Source: Trichodesmium erythraeum IMS101
GTDB lineage: Bacteria > Cyanobacteriota > Cyanobacteriia > Cyanobacteriales > Microcoleaceae
Direction of reading: 5' to 3'
Length of the DNA stretch: 32,000 nucleotides
NCBI RefSeq assembly: GCF_000014265.1
Contig: NC_008312.1
Location: forward strand, 4,950,001 to 4,982,000
In this document: positions 17,252 to 26,960 of the stretch, one piece after another
How positions within the stretch are numbered: the first letter of the stretch is position 1
Layout: every line of letters begins with the position of its first letter
Notes under the pieces: model-generated
What the model saw: only the letters and a program-made list of their open reading frames with translations
What the model was told of the DNA's origin: nothing
Databases searched by the model: none
Translations under genes and position numbers: made by a program

Positions 17252-17560
17252 TTCTTTGTGTTGTAAGGTTTGCCGTACAGGTAGCTGTTTCTGAGACTAA
17301 TACCTTAAGTAGGGTTTAATTACTGAGGTGAATGCCTTTTTTTTCCAGCTTTTAATATGCCTGAACCTGGTCCGAGCAGGATTTAGACACACAAATAATA
17401 ATTATTTCGGATTGTGGTAGCTTTTGTCAAGTTAAACTTCTCAGAATAACTGGGGAATAGTCACTGATAGTAGATTTTTTATTTTTTGTCTCAGACTGCC
17501 CCACTTGTAATTAATTAACTAATATTTACATAATATGTGAACGTTTACCTAACATATTTA

Positions 17561-17601
17561 TTCAAAAAAAACAACTAAAAAGTCCCCTAAGTAGGTGACT
17601 T
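17561..17601 (-). terminator. Candidate rho-independent terminator between the cheA-like gene and rplU.
   Basis: On the minus strand the sequence is AAGTCACCTA-CTTA-GGGGACTT, with 8 bp and one mismatch, followed by TTTTAGTTGTTTTTTTT. It lies about 420 nt downstream of the kinase stop codon. Confidence 0.5.
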
Positions 17602-18018
17602 TGTGCTATACTTGAAACATAGCTCTTACCTGAAACCACTCTAAAAACAAGCGACTAAGTAATTGTAGCACTTGCACCTAAGATAGCTCAAGGAAAAGAG
17701 CAAACCCTTGGGAAAAAAGTGATTCGCGATTGTTAGATACTGCACGCAATAGCAATTTAATTTAAGTGGACTCGTTCAAGATTGAATCCTGGTTTATCGA
17801 TCTGCCTTACATATTTAAACTCGGAAGTATTTCTATTGTTTATAACTAAATTAAACTAAATCCTGTGTAATGCAATATTTTAGTCGTGTCATTCCATTAG
17901 TAACATTTCATGAAATGTCCCTAATAGGTTTGGCCCCGGTGGTGGACAAAACAAGCAGCTTAAAATAGCAATTGAGATCTGAATACTTTATAACTTTCAA
18001 CTTTTGACTTTAAATTTA

Positions 18019-21000
18019 TTAAGCATTCACGACATACCCAACGGTTTCACCCTCAAGTATACTAACTGCCCCATCTAACAACTTTTCTTCTACATATGGT
18101 TTATGGAAATAACCTTTAGCTCCTAACTCAAAGGCCATTTCCATGTGTTTTTTAGCGCCGCGAGAAGTTAACATGGCCACAGGCAAGAGCTGCAAATTAG
18201 AATCTTTCTGCATCCGAGATAATAACTCAAAACCATCCATCCGAGGCATTTCAATATCACAGAACACTAAATCACAAGGTAAACCAGCACGCAGTTTTTC
18301 CCAAGCATCCTTACCATCTCTTGCTTGTTCAACTCGATAACCAGCTTTACTAAATGTCATTGATAACAACTCACGTACTGTAATTGAGTCATCCACAATT
18401 AATACTGTTGATTCACTCTTGTGATCTACAGGAAAAGAACTACTATATCCACTACTAGGAGACCAAACTTTACCTTCATCTCGGCGTTGTTTTCCTGTTG
18501 CCAGGTTAATTAACTCAATGACATCTGCGATCGCGACAACTTTACCATCTCCTAAAATAGTTACACCTGCAATACCTAGAGGCTTAGGTACCGGACCTTG
18601 TAACTGTTTAATAACAATTTCTTTCTGTTGTTCTAAAACCTGATCAACTTGCACCGCCACAAATACCCCAGGATAAGCAGAACGCAACACTACAATTGAA
18701 GTCATATCATCCTCAGCATTGATGCCATAAACATTACTGCGACGGAGATGACGATTATAAACCAGTAACTCTCGCAAGTGACAGAAAGGCAACTTTGTAC
18801 CTCGCCATTCTATACAGCTCTTTCCCTGTGAGTCTATTGTCAGCTCATCCTTAGAAACTTTCACCATATCTTCTACCCCATCCATAGGAAAAGCAATCCA
18901 GGAGCGATCGCTAATACAACACAATGCTTTCGATATACTTAAATTCAGCGGTAAACGAATTGTAAATATTGTCCCTTTATCAATAATTGAATCAATAGTA
19001 ATAGTACCTCGAATATCAGTCAAATTAGTCTTAACAACATCTAAGCCTACTCCACGACCAGCAAAATTATCGGCTTGAGCTTTGGTAGTAAAACCAGGAT
19101 GAAACAATAATTCATAAACATCCAGCTCAGATATTTCTTGAGCTTGTTTCTTAGTAATTACACCTTTTTTGATTGCTTGATGTTTCACTTTTTCAGGATC
19201 TATTCCTGCCCCATCATCTGCTACCGAAATCACCGTTTGATTACCTTGGTGAAAAGCACGAATTGTAATCCGACCTTGACTAGACTTACTTAGACTGAGA
19301 CGCTCTTGAGGTGTTTCAATTCCATGAGTGATAGCATTATTCATTAGGTGTTTCATCGGGTCAGAAAGCTTATCCTGAATCATTTTATCAATTAAGGTTT
19401 CTTTCCCTTCTACTATAAGTTGTACCTGTTTACCACACTCCATTGAAATGTCTCGCACAGCACGGGGCAATAGTTGTACCGTTTCCGAAAAAGGGACCAT
19501 CCTCGATCTAGTGAAACCTTCTTGCAGTTGAGTTGTTATCTGTCGTAGTTGACGAGTTACTTGTTCTGCATCATCAACCAAAAATTCAACATCAGAAGCA
19601 GACTCTCGTACTCGGACAATATATTCAATAGTTTCCTGAGCTAATAAATGGAAAGGAGTAAAGTTTTCTACCCGATCTAGCTCAAGAGAGTCATCAAAAT
19701 TTCTTTTTCCTGCATTACTTTCATCCGTTGTATCTGCTCTATCAGGAGTATTAGTAAAATGATTGTGGTGACGACTATCCCAAATTGCCCTTTCTAGAAG
19801 TGTTTTTTCATATAAGTCGTGCATTCTTTGCCCAGCATCACTTAATAGTAATACCTGATTGAGTAGGTTATCTAAGACCTGACGCATTCGTTCCTGGCCT
19901 TGTTCTAAACTATTACGATTAACTACCAGTTCTCCTACCAAGTTACTGAGATTATCTAGTTGTTTTGCAGGTATTTTAACTGTTTGTTCTGGAGAACGTT
20001 TACCTCTGCGAAGAGGATTAGGAGTAGAAACTATACTAGATTTATTAGAAGTATCTAGATCAGAATTTTCTAACAATTTCTCTAAGTCACTAAATGGATC
20101 TTCTACTGATTGGGATTGATTTTCTATGCTGGCTAATACTTCCTCTGTAGTAGTTTGGTGTACAACTACTTTGTTTACTTGAGGTTTGGAGTTTATATCT
20201 ATACAATTTAATAATTGTTCTAATTGTAAAAAAACATTGTAATTTTCTGAGTTCTCTCCATTCAATATTGCTTCTAATTCAGTAAATTCATCATCTACTT
20301 TTTTCTGGTTATTAGCTATTAATTTTTGATTTTTTTCTATTTCTTCAGAAGTTTTTTCACTTTTAACATCTAGCAACTTATTTAAATCTACAGCTTTATT
20401 AGCTTTGTTACTATCTTTTGGCTCTTTTATTTTAGTCAATAAGTCTTCTAAATCTGCCGAAAGTTGCTGATTTTTTTGAGTTGTATCATTACTCTCAAAT
20501 GTATTTTCTAGTAACTCATTAGAGTCGAGGTTATAAAAATCTAGAGCGTTATCATCTAATAAACTATTCAAATCATTATCATCATCTTGTATGAAATCCT
20601 GAGAGTATAACCCATCTAAATTAATTAAATCTTGTGAGTCAGAGAAGTCTAAATCTTCTTGATTGAATAGTTCAACAAAACTAGATGTCAAGTTTTCTGA
20701 TTCTACTGGAATTTCTTCTAAATCTGTTTCTCCATAAACTGTTTCTAAATCTTCAAACAATGCTTCTAAATTTGCTGCTTTGGAGGATAAATCATTTTTT
20801 ATATTTGTATTTAGTTGATCTATTTTTGAGATTTCATCATTTTCTACCTCTTCTTCTAAATTGTCAATTACAAATAATTCACTAAAAGATACTTCATCTG
20901 AATTAAAATTTTCTGGTTTATTCTGTGGGGATAATTCGCTTTTAGATTGGTCACTATTTTCTTGTAAATGTATTTCTAAATCTCCCTCAATTTCTGATTC

Positions 21001-21618
21001 ATTTACATTTTCTAATTCTACTAAATCTCCATTATTTAAGTCATCAAAGAACTGAGACAAATCATCTCTTGATTTTTTATTACTACTTTTTTCTTTTGGA
21101 AAATTAGTATTTTTTATTTGAGAATCACTGTCTTTATATAGATCATTTTCTTCTGTATTATCCAGCAAATTTGATAATTCATCATCCACTATATTCACAA
21201 AATCTAATTCACTTTTATTTTCATTTTCTAGTGTTTTTTTTGTTTCATTAACATCAAGCAATAAATCAGATAAATCACCAGAATCATCAATATCAATTAC
21301 AGATATTTTTAGATTATCCATTTCTAATTGGCCTTTATCTAGTATTTCTTCTTCTTCCCAACTAGACTCTAGCTCTGGTGTTTCACCTTCAAACAAATCC
21401 GCTAAACTATTTAGTTCTGAGAGTCCTACTTGTGGGCCACTCCTGACTTTTTCTCCTATTAAATTGTAATTAGCATTATCTACATCTGAAGTTTCTAAAC
21501 TATTAAACCATTCATCTATCGACTCTCCATGATTCATTATCGTGTTACTTTTGCTGCCTATTTTCTGTTCAATATGACCATGGTCGAGTTGATTATTTTT
21601 TTGATTTAACATATGCAT
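18019..21618 (-). CDS. pilL: CheA-like hybrid histidine kinase (dimerisation domain, HATPase, CheW-like domain, C-terminal receiver) with a ~540-aa acidic low-complexity N-terminus. It is PilL/HmpE-type.
   Basis: The 1199-codon ORF has an ATG start. It contains VKIPAKQLDNLSNLVGELVVNRNSLEQ (ChpA/PilL-type dimerisation region), the N box HLMNNAITHGIE, G1 ADDGAGID, F/G2 HPGFTTK...GRGVGLDVV, a CheW-like segment (CCISDRSWIAFPMDGVEDMV...GVTILGDGKVVAIADV), and REC (VLIVDDSITVRELL...CDIEMPRMDG...MLTSRG...GYFHKP). The symbol is assigned by architecture and synteny with Synechocystis pilG-L and Nostoc hmpA-E, not by any search. Confidence 0.9.
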   Translation of the reverse strand: MHMLNQKNNQLDHGHIEQKIGSKSNTIMNHGESIDEWFNSLETSDVDNANYNLIGEKVRSGPQVGLSELNSLADLFEGETPELESSWEEEEILDKGQLEMDNLKISVIDIDDSGDLSDLLLDVNETKKTLENENKSELDFVNIVDDELSNLLDNTEENDLYKDSDSQIKNTNFPKEKSSNKKSRDDLSQFFDDLNNGDLVELENVNESEIEGDLEIHLQENSDQSKSELSPQNKPENFNSDEVSFSELFVIDNLEEEVENDEISKIDQLNTNIKNDLSSKAANLEALFEDLETVYGETDLEEIPVESENLTSSFVELFNQEDLDFSDSQDLINLDGLYSQDFIQDDDNDLNSLLDDNALDFYNLDSNELLENTFESNDTTQKNQQLSADLEDLLTKIKEPKDSNKANKAVDLNKLLDVKSEKTSEEIEKNQKLIANNQKKVDDEFTELEAILNGENSENYNVFLQLEQLLNCIDINSKPQVNKVVVHQTTTEEVLASIENQSQSVEDPFSDLEKLLENSDLDTSNKSSIVSTPNPLRRGKRSPEQTVKIPAKQLDNLSNLVGELVVNRNSLEQGQERMRQVLDNLLNQVLLLSDAGQRMHDLYEKTLLERAIWDSRHHNHFTNTPDRADTTDESNAGKRNFDDSLELDRVENFTPFHLLAQETIEYIVRVRESASDVEFLVDDAEQVTRQLRQITTQLQEGFTRSRMVPFSETVQLLPRAVRDISMECGKQVQLIVEGKETLIDKMIQDKLSDPMKHLMNNAITHGIETPQERLSLSKSSQGRITIRAFHQGNQTVISVADDGAGIDPEKVKHQAIKKGVITKKQAQEISELDVYELLFHPGFTTKAQADNFAGRGVGLDVVKTNLTDIRGTITIDSIIDKGTIFTIRLPLNLSISKALCCISDRSWIAFPMDGVEDMVKVSKDELTIDSQGKSCIEWRGTKLPFCHLRELLVYNRHLRRSNVYGINAEDDMTSIVVLRSAYPGVFVAVQVDQVLEQQKEIVIKQLQGPVPKPLGIAGVTILGDGKVVAIADVIELINLATGKQRRDEGKVWSPSSGYSSSFPVDHKSESTVLIVDDSITVRELLSMTFSKAGYRVEQARDGKDAWEKLRAGLPCDLVFCDIEMPRMDGFELLSRMQKDSNLQLLPVAMLTSRGAKKHMEMAFELGAKGYFHKPYVEEKLLDGAVSILEGETVGYVVNA

Positions 21619-22580
21619 TTTACCTATTATTTTATGGTTTTATTGTTTTTATATCCTTAAATTAAGGATTGTAATTTTTTAATAAGCAGCACTTTCCGTT
21701 GCCAATGAATTACATTCACCCAAGTTAAGATGCTCCCATTACGCACTACAAAATTTTTACCATTCACCCTGTACATCATTTGCTTTAAATCTGCTATATT
21801 ACTATTCTTTAAGTTCAATTATCAATTATTGAGCTTGTTTACAAATTTTAATTATACCAAATCCGCAAAATGTGAGAGGGTATTTTTTGACGTTATAGCT
21901 ATTGTTAAATCACGGATTTAGTAATGGGAAAAGGCTACTTTTATAACCAGATATTGCTTTACATTATAAGCTAAGATATAGTACAATCAACCTCAGTTAA
22001 TATTTTTTTGAACAGTTCTATAATATGAAAAGCTTATCTAAAGGTTCCATACTATAATAGTTTTTATCTTATCTGAACTGTCTTGAGATATAGTATGTAT
22101 TTTCTGTCTTGCCTATTGGTCTGTAAATCAAAAAATGGGGGCTTGATAAAATTTTAAAACCCAGCAGTACAATGCTTTAAGAATTTATTTGCCTATCAAA
22201 GTAATCTTGAGAGACCACTATCCCTTACTTGGTTAAATCTACATAATTTCCTCTCCTATTTAATGATACATTAGATTAATAAAAGGTGCTGCTGAATTAA
22301 GCTATAAAACTATTCGGAGGCCAGGTGTCCAATTTATTTTATAATGAAGTATTGTTGACTGTCACCGAAATTAAGCCCTACGGGACATGAAATGCAGTAG
22401 TAGGGGGCGAAGCATTATCGCTATTAAAGAAAAACTATAGTGGCGTTTCTCAATCCAACTATGATGCTTACGCTTATGGGGAAATAAGTGCCTCAAAATC
22501 CTTCTTAAATAAGGATTAAAATTATTAGATGTTTCTTTAAAATCACACTTTTTTTTGATAATCATAATTATTCTTGTCCA

Positions 22581-22611
22581 GGAAGTTGGTGAGCAAAATT
22601 CACCAACTTCC
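22581..22611. repeat. Perfect 12-bp-stem hairpin in ORF-free DNA.
   Basis: GGAAGTTGGTGA-gcaaaat-TCACCAACTTCC. No adjacent U/T run is present on either strand. Confidence 0.6.
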
Positions 22612-24086
22612 CTTAATTATATTAATATATTGTTCAATAAAATGCCAAATGAAACATTTATGTAAGTAAATTAATTTTTTTTTTACCATCATATAAATAG
22701 CAATATGTTGAGTGTAAACAATTAAAGATTATCTTAAATTTATAGAAATTTAAATTTTATTTTATAATTAAATATTTTTTGAAAATTAAAGTTTATTACC
22801 TGTTGAAAAATATCAACTAAACTATCCCTAGCTATGACCCAAAATTCACTATATATATTTACCAAATATTTACTATTTATTCTGAATTTTATTAATCTTT
22901 ATGTTGATTATTAATGGATAAATATATTTTTGATTTCCTAAATTTTTGAGATAATTAGCATGGTAATATGAAACAATTTAAGTAATAGCTATTAGTAGAA
23001 TTAAATTACTCAGAATGTGTGTGTTATTCCTGACTTTATCCTACATTATATTCTATTGTATTACCATCAGATAACATACCTTCAATACCTATTTCTGACC
23101 GATAAATTTTAATGACTTTATCTAAACTTTTAATTTTTATCAACAAGTAACAATACTTATTTTTTATCTTCAATAAGCAACGATTATGAAAGCGTCAAAA
23201 TCAAATATTTATGGGCAGAAATTTTGAATTTAGTGACAAAAATTTATATGTTGAGCTAGGAGAGTTTGATTAAGGGTCAAATATCAACATTTTATAATAT
23301 ATTCAATCAACATAAATATAGCTTACTTGTTGCAAAATACAACCTTAAAGATAGGGAAATTTATCTAAAAATTTTTAACCTTATTTTTGGAAATACATAC
23401 AAGTTTTCAAATAATATAAAATCTGGTAGCATTGGTATAATTAGAGCTAATTACGAGTTAATATTTAGGAGTTATAAGTTAGGAGGAAAAAGAATTTATG
23501 AAGGTTTGTACCCTTGCTGAATATGAAACTTTTTTTCACCGAATTAAGTGGACTTGATATAATATTAAATTAGCATTGATTTGAGATTTTGATATTCCCC
23601 AGATAGATCGACTTCATCTGCAATATTACTTACCATATAATAGTATTTACTTTCGGTAAAAAAATGAACTGATTATATTTAAAAATAATCACTTTGTAAA
23701 CTTTTTTTTGGTTCATTTATAGATGATTTATTAAATAGTTTTCCACCCTTTTACCAAAATAATAAAGATTATTTTAGAAGGTAATTAAAATATAAAATTT
23801 TTGTTCTGTAAGGTATATTTTTTTATTTTTAAACTATATAAAAAAGCGAATAATTTTATAGGTTAATTAACTAATTAATAGGTGTATAATTCTGTCAATT
23901 GTGTCTCAGAATAAATTAGATAAATTATACAGTTTTTACTATGTTATAACCCACATTCAGCACTTCAGATTGTATGACAGGAGGTAAAAAAAATATCTAT
24001 TTAATTAAGTATAATTATTTATAGTATTGAGTAACTTTAACTGAAATAATAAAGCTGATTATTGCATTCTTATTGAGTATAAAAAA

Positions 24087-25630
24087 ATGTATTTAATAGA
24101 ATCAATAACAGTTAAAAATATTGACCATTTAGGAATAGTTGCAGGCTTAATTTATGAGATAGGAATAGTAGAATTAATTAGCCAAAAATTAAGAGTAAAT
24201 AATTCAGAAAAAATTACTGCTGGAAAAGTAATAAAAGCTTGAATTTTCAATGGATTAGGGATTGTCTTACGTCCATTATATTTATTTAGTCAATTTTTTT
24301 GAAGACAAAGCTATAGAAAAATTATTAGGAACAGGTATAAATAATGAATACTTAAACGATGATAAAATAGGTAGAGTAATGGATAATATCTATCAATTAG
24401 GACTAACAAATTTATTTATAGAGCTCGGGTTATTAGTTATTAAAAAGTTTAAAATAGAGACTTTATATGCTCACTTAGATTCAACTTCATTTTATTTATA
24501 TGGGGAATATAATAATATTTAAACTGCTGAAAACCATCAAAAAAACAATATTAATTACAATTACAAAGGGATATTCGCGTGACCATCGGTCATATTTAAA
24601 ACAATGTGTATTAGATTTAATAGTAAGTAGTGATAATGGAATACCCTTGTTTATGAGGACTGGTGATGGGAATGAATCAGATAAAGCAGTATTTGGTCAA
24701 ATTTTAAGTTATGTGAAAAAACAAATAAAATCATATAGTATTATAGTCTGTGATAGTGCCTTATATAGAGAATAAAATATCTAATTAATCTCACATTTAA
24801 AATGGATAACTAGAGTCCCAATGACTATAAAAAGGCTAAATAAATAATTTAATTAGACCTGAAAAAAGTGAAATTTTGCCCGGAAATAGACCCTAAAATT
24901 AAATAAATAACTAGGGTATTTTAAACAAAAGAATATAAATAGTTAGAGCCAAAAGTGACTTATGCTAGAATATGGTTAATTGTTGAAAGTGCAGAGCGCC
25001 AAAAAAGTGACATCCAGAAATTAAACTTGAAAATTGAACAAGAAAAAAAAGATGGTATTAAAGTTAGCAAAAAAATTATAACTAACTGGATTGGATAAAG
25101 TTACTCAAGCTCAAAATTACTTAAGATCAATCAACAAAAAACTGAAATTATGGGATTTAGCATCTTTAGAAATCAAGGAAAAAAATTTAATAAACAGTCT
25201 ATAGTCTATCATCATTAAATATAAATTAAACCAAGGGTCTCAGACAAATACTCTGACATTAAGATGGATATTTTAATGCTTTCAAGGAATATATTTGTTG
25301 ATAATTAATTAATGGCCAAAAGTAATTAATCTCACAGAAGAAAGGAGCTTTATTTTAGAGTTTTTACCCTCAAGTTGTCAAAAATATTATCTGTGATTTT
25401 CATAAAAAGCGATCGCACGCCAAAGCATATGTTCGCAACACTTGAAGAGTTAAGAAAATTAATTGATGCTATCAACTGGAGTCTAGTTCCTCCTGTATCT
25501 TCTTCTGCCAAAAGGAATCCCTGGTTTGCCAACAATACTCATGCTACTGATTTTTTCGTGTTCTATAGAATTAATTTGTTTAATTTGTTGGCTCAAATTC
25601 TGATAATAATTTATATATCTTTTTGTACTA
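24087..25630 (+). mobile_element. Decayed IS1634-like (IS4-superfamily, DUF4277 N-terminus) transposase gene.
   Basis: Translating across frames gives MYLIESITVKNIDHLGIVAGLIYEIGIVELI...KITAGKVIKA*IFNGLGIVLRPLYLFSQFF(shift)EDKAIEKLLGTGINNEYLNDDKIGRVMDNIYQLGL...YAHLDSTSFYLYGEY...ITKGYSRDHRSYLKQCVLDL...GNESDKAVF...KWITRVPMTIK...YARIWLIVESAERQKSDIQKLNLKIEQ. These blocks match the recalled IS1634-family layout. There are many in-frame stops and frameshifts. I could not identify terminal inverted repeats. Confidence 0.7.
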
Positions 25631-25691
25631 TATAATGAAGTGCGGAATGTGGTTAAAAAGAAAATTAGGAAGTCCTAAACCATTTTTAAGT

Positions 25692-26477
25692 GTGGCATGG
25701 GACTCAAACGATATACCATCCCAGGTATCTGTGAATCTTAATATCAAATGGAAAAACATAAACTGGAATACAGGTTGAAGTCAGAGTATTTAAGTTGCAA
25801 AAGTTCATTTACAGAGCATCCAGTTGTGGCGAAATTAGTAAGATGCGTAAATACCAAAAACTTCTGACCAAAAGTTATTTCCCAAGGTTGCTAGCTGTTA
25901 GATAAGTATAAATCAGTAAGCGCCAGAGGCAAGTAGAGGCATTAATAGCCAAGCTGAACCTGGTAATCAGAGGATGGGCCAACTATGACTCATCCGTAGT
26001 CAGCAAAGAGATATTCGACACACTGGATAATCTACTTTGGAGAAGTCTTTGGAGATGGGCAAAAAGAAGGTATCCAAACAAGTCTAGTGCCTGGGTAAAA
26101 ACAAAGTACTTTTCACTTTATAAAACCAGAAATTGGATTCTAAACAAAGGTAAATATATACTAAACCTCCATTCGGATGTACCTATTACACTGTACAATA
26201 AGATTATTATGGAGACTGGATTTATTGGAGTAGTAGAGTCAGTAAATATCCCGGCGTAAGAACTAGAATAGCAAAACTATTAAAAAGTCAGAAGAATAAA
26301 TGCGCATCTTGCAGATTAAATTTCAGACCAACGGTAGAAATAGAAGTCGACCACATCGTCCCTAGGTCTGTAGGTGGTAAGAATACATATGAAAATATAC
26401 AACTCCTAAACCCCCATTGCCACGACGTTAAGACTGCTGAGGATTTGAAAGCAGTAAACTTTCTCAAGACTCATTAG
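25692..26477 (+). pseudogene. Group II intron-encoded protein relic. The N-terminal RT-0 segment is joined directly to the maturase (X) and HNH domains, and the RT palm/fingers are missing.
   Basis: The reading is KWKNINWNT(shift)VEVRVFKLQKFIYRASSCGEISKMRKYQKLLTKSYFPRLLAVR* followed by SKRQRQVEALIAKLNLVIRGWANYDSSVVSKEIFDTLDNLLWRSLWRWAKRRYPNKSSAWVKTKYF, then (shift) RTRIAKLLKSQKNKCASCRLNFRPTVEIEVDHIVPRSVGGKNTYENIQLLNPHCHDVKTAEDLK. These are the recalled RT-0, RGWxNYY thumb/X and HNH signatures. Stops and frameshifts are present. No domain V-like RNA motif is seen downstream. Confidence 0.75.
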
Positions 26478-26617
26478 GTCTAAAATGGAATTTTTTGGAT
26501 GAAATACCTATAAAAAAGGACATTTCTTATAAAACAGCAATCTGTGGATTGAATCTAATACCACTCAGATAGAAATTAAATTATGTTGAGTAACAGTCCT
26601 ACTCATTTTAAACCATT

Positions 26618-26960
26618 ATGACTTTGACTCGTTGTAACAGAACCTTGTATCCAATATAAATACACCGACTGTGTACTTGTTTGTCCAGTAGATGCATTTC
26701 GGGAAGGACCAAATTTTCTAGTCATTGATCCCAATGAATGTATCCATTGTGGTGCGTGTAAACCATAGTGTCCAGTTGAGGCAATTTATCCATCTGATGA
26801 AGTGCCAAAAGAATGGGAAGACTTCATCAGCTTGAATGAAGATCTTGCCGGAAAATGGAAAGTAATTACAGAAAAAAAAAGACCCATTACTAGAAGCTGA
26901 GAAGTGGGCTGGCAGCGAACGCACTACACCCCAACATGTCTCAATAATAGTTTTCTTTTA
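26618..26960 (+). pseudogene. 7Fe (FdxA-like, 3Fe-4S + 4Fe-4S) ferredoxin pseudogene.
   Basis: After an early frameshift the reading is [82 protein letters not shown], then (shift) PLLEAEKWAG. The recalled family pattern is [21 protein letters not shown]...CIDCGACEPECPVEAI. Two cluster cysteines are replaced (KCK becomes QYK, VDCF becomes VDAF), and there is an in-frame TAG between CGAC and CP. Confidence 0.75.

Noticed and set aside
17395-17430. A sigma70-like promoter for rplU (minus-strand TTGACA at 17430-17425 with downstream TAATTA/TATTAT).
   Set aside because: Spacing to the best -10-like hexamers is 20-24 nt, which is too long. AT-rich DNA yields many such matches. I did not report it as a feature.
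18143-21055. Plus-strand ORFs 18143-18340, 20685-20885 and 20861-21055.
   Set aside because: They are antisense shadows within the CheA-like gene. The latter two arise from the low-complexity acidic-coding region.
21730-21921. A 63-codon plus-strand ORF upstream of the kinase.
   Set aside because: It is an AT-rich, Phe/Leu/Ile-dominated product with no motif and is probably a chance ORF.
22371-22565. A 64-codon minus-strand ORF (MIIKKKCDFKETSNNF...).
   Set aside because: I recognise no family, and it is basic and low-complexity. The DNA contains hairpins that suggest RNA or relic sequence rather than coding sequence. I checked it as a possible Hpt-domain fragment and found no HxxKG-like motif.
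23266-23520. An 84-codon plus-strand ORF (TTG start).
   Set aside because: It lies in the most AT-rich DNA and has an Asn/Ile/Lys/Tyr-rich product with a non-ATG start and no motif.
24262-24775. ORFs 24262-24522 and 24500-24775 treated as separate genes.
   Set aside because: They are consecutive frame-shifted pieces of the same decayed IS1634-like transposase, reported as one relic.
25350-25635. ORFs 25350-25535 (-) and 25375-25635 (+).
   Set aside because: They lie within the 3' part of the transposase relic. The plus-strand one partly follows the degenerate transposase frame, and the minus-strand one is an antisense shadow.
25640-25644. A GTGCG pentamer considered as a group II intron 5' splice-site consensus.
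   Set aside because: Only ~50 nt separate it from the IEP relic, whereas domains I-III need several hundred nt. A 5-mer match is not evidence on its own.
26718-26924. A 68-codon minus-strand ORF.
   Set aside because: It is antisense to the clearly recognisable ferredoxin pseudogene frame.
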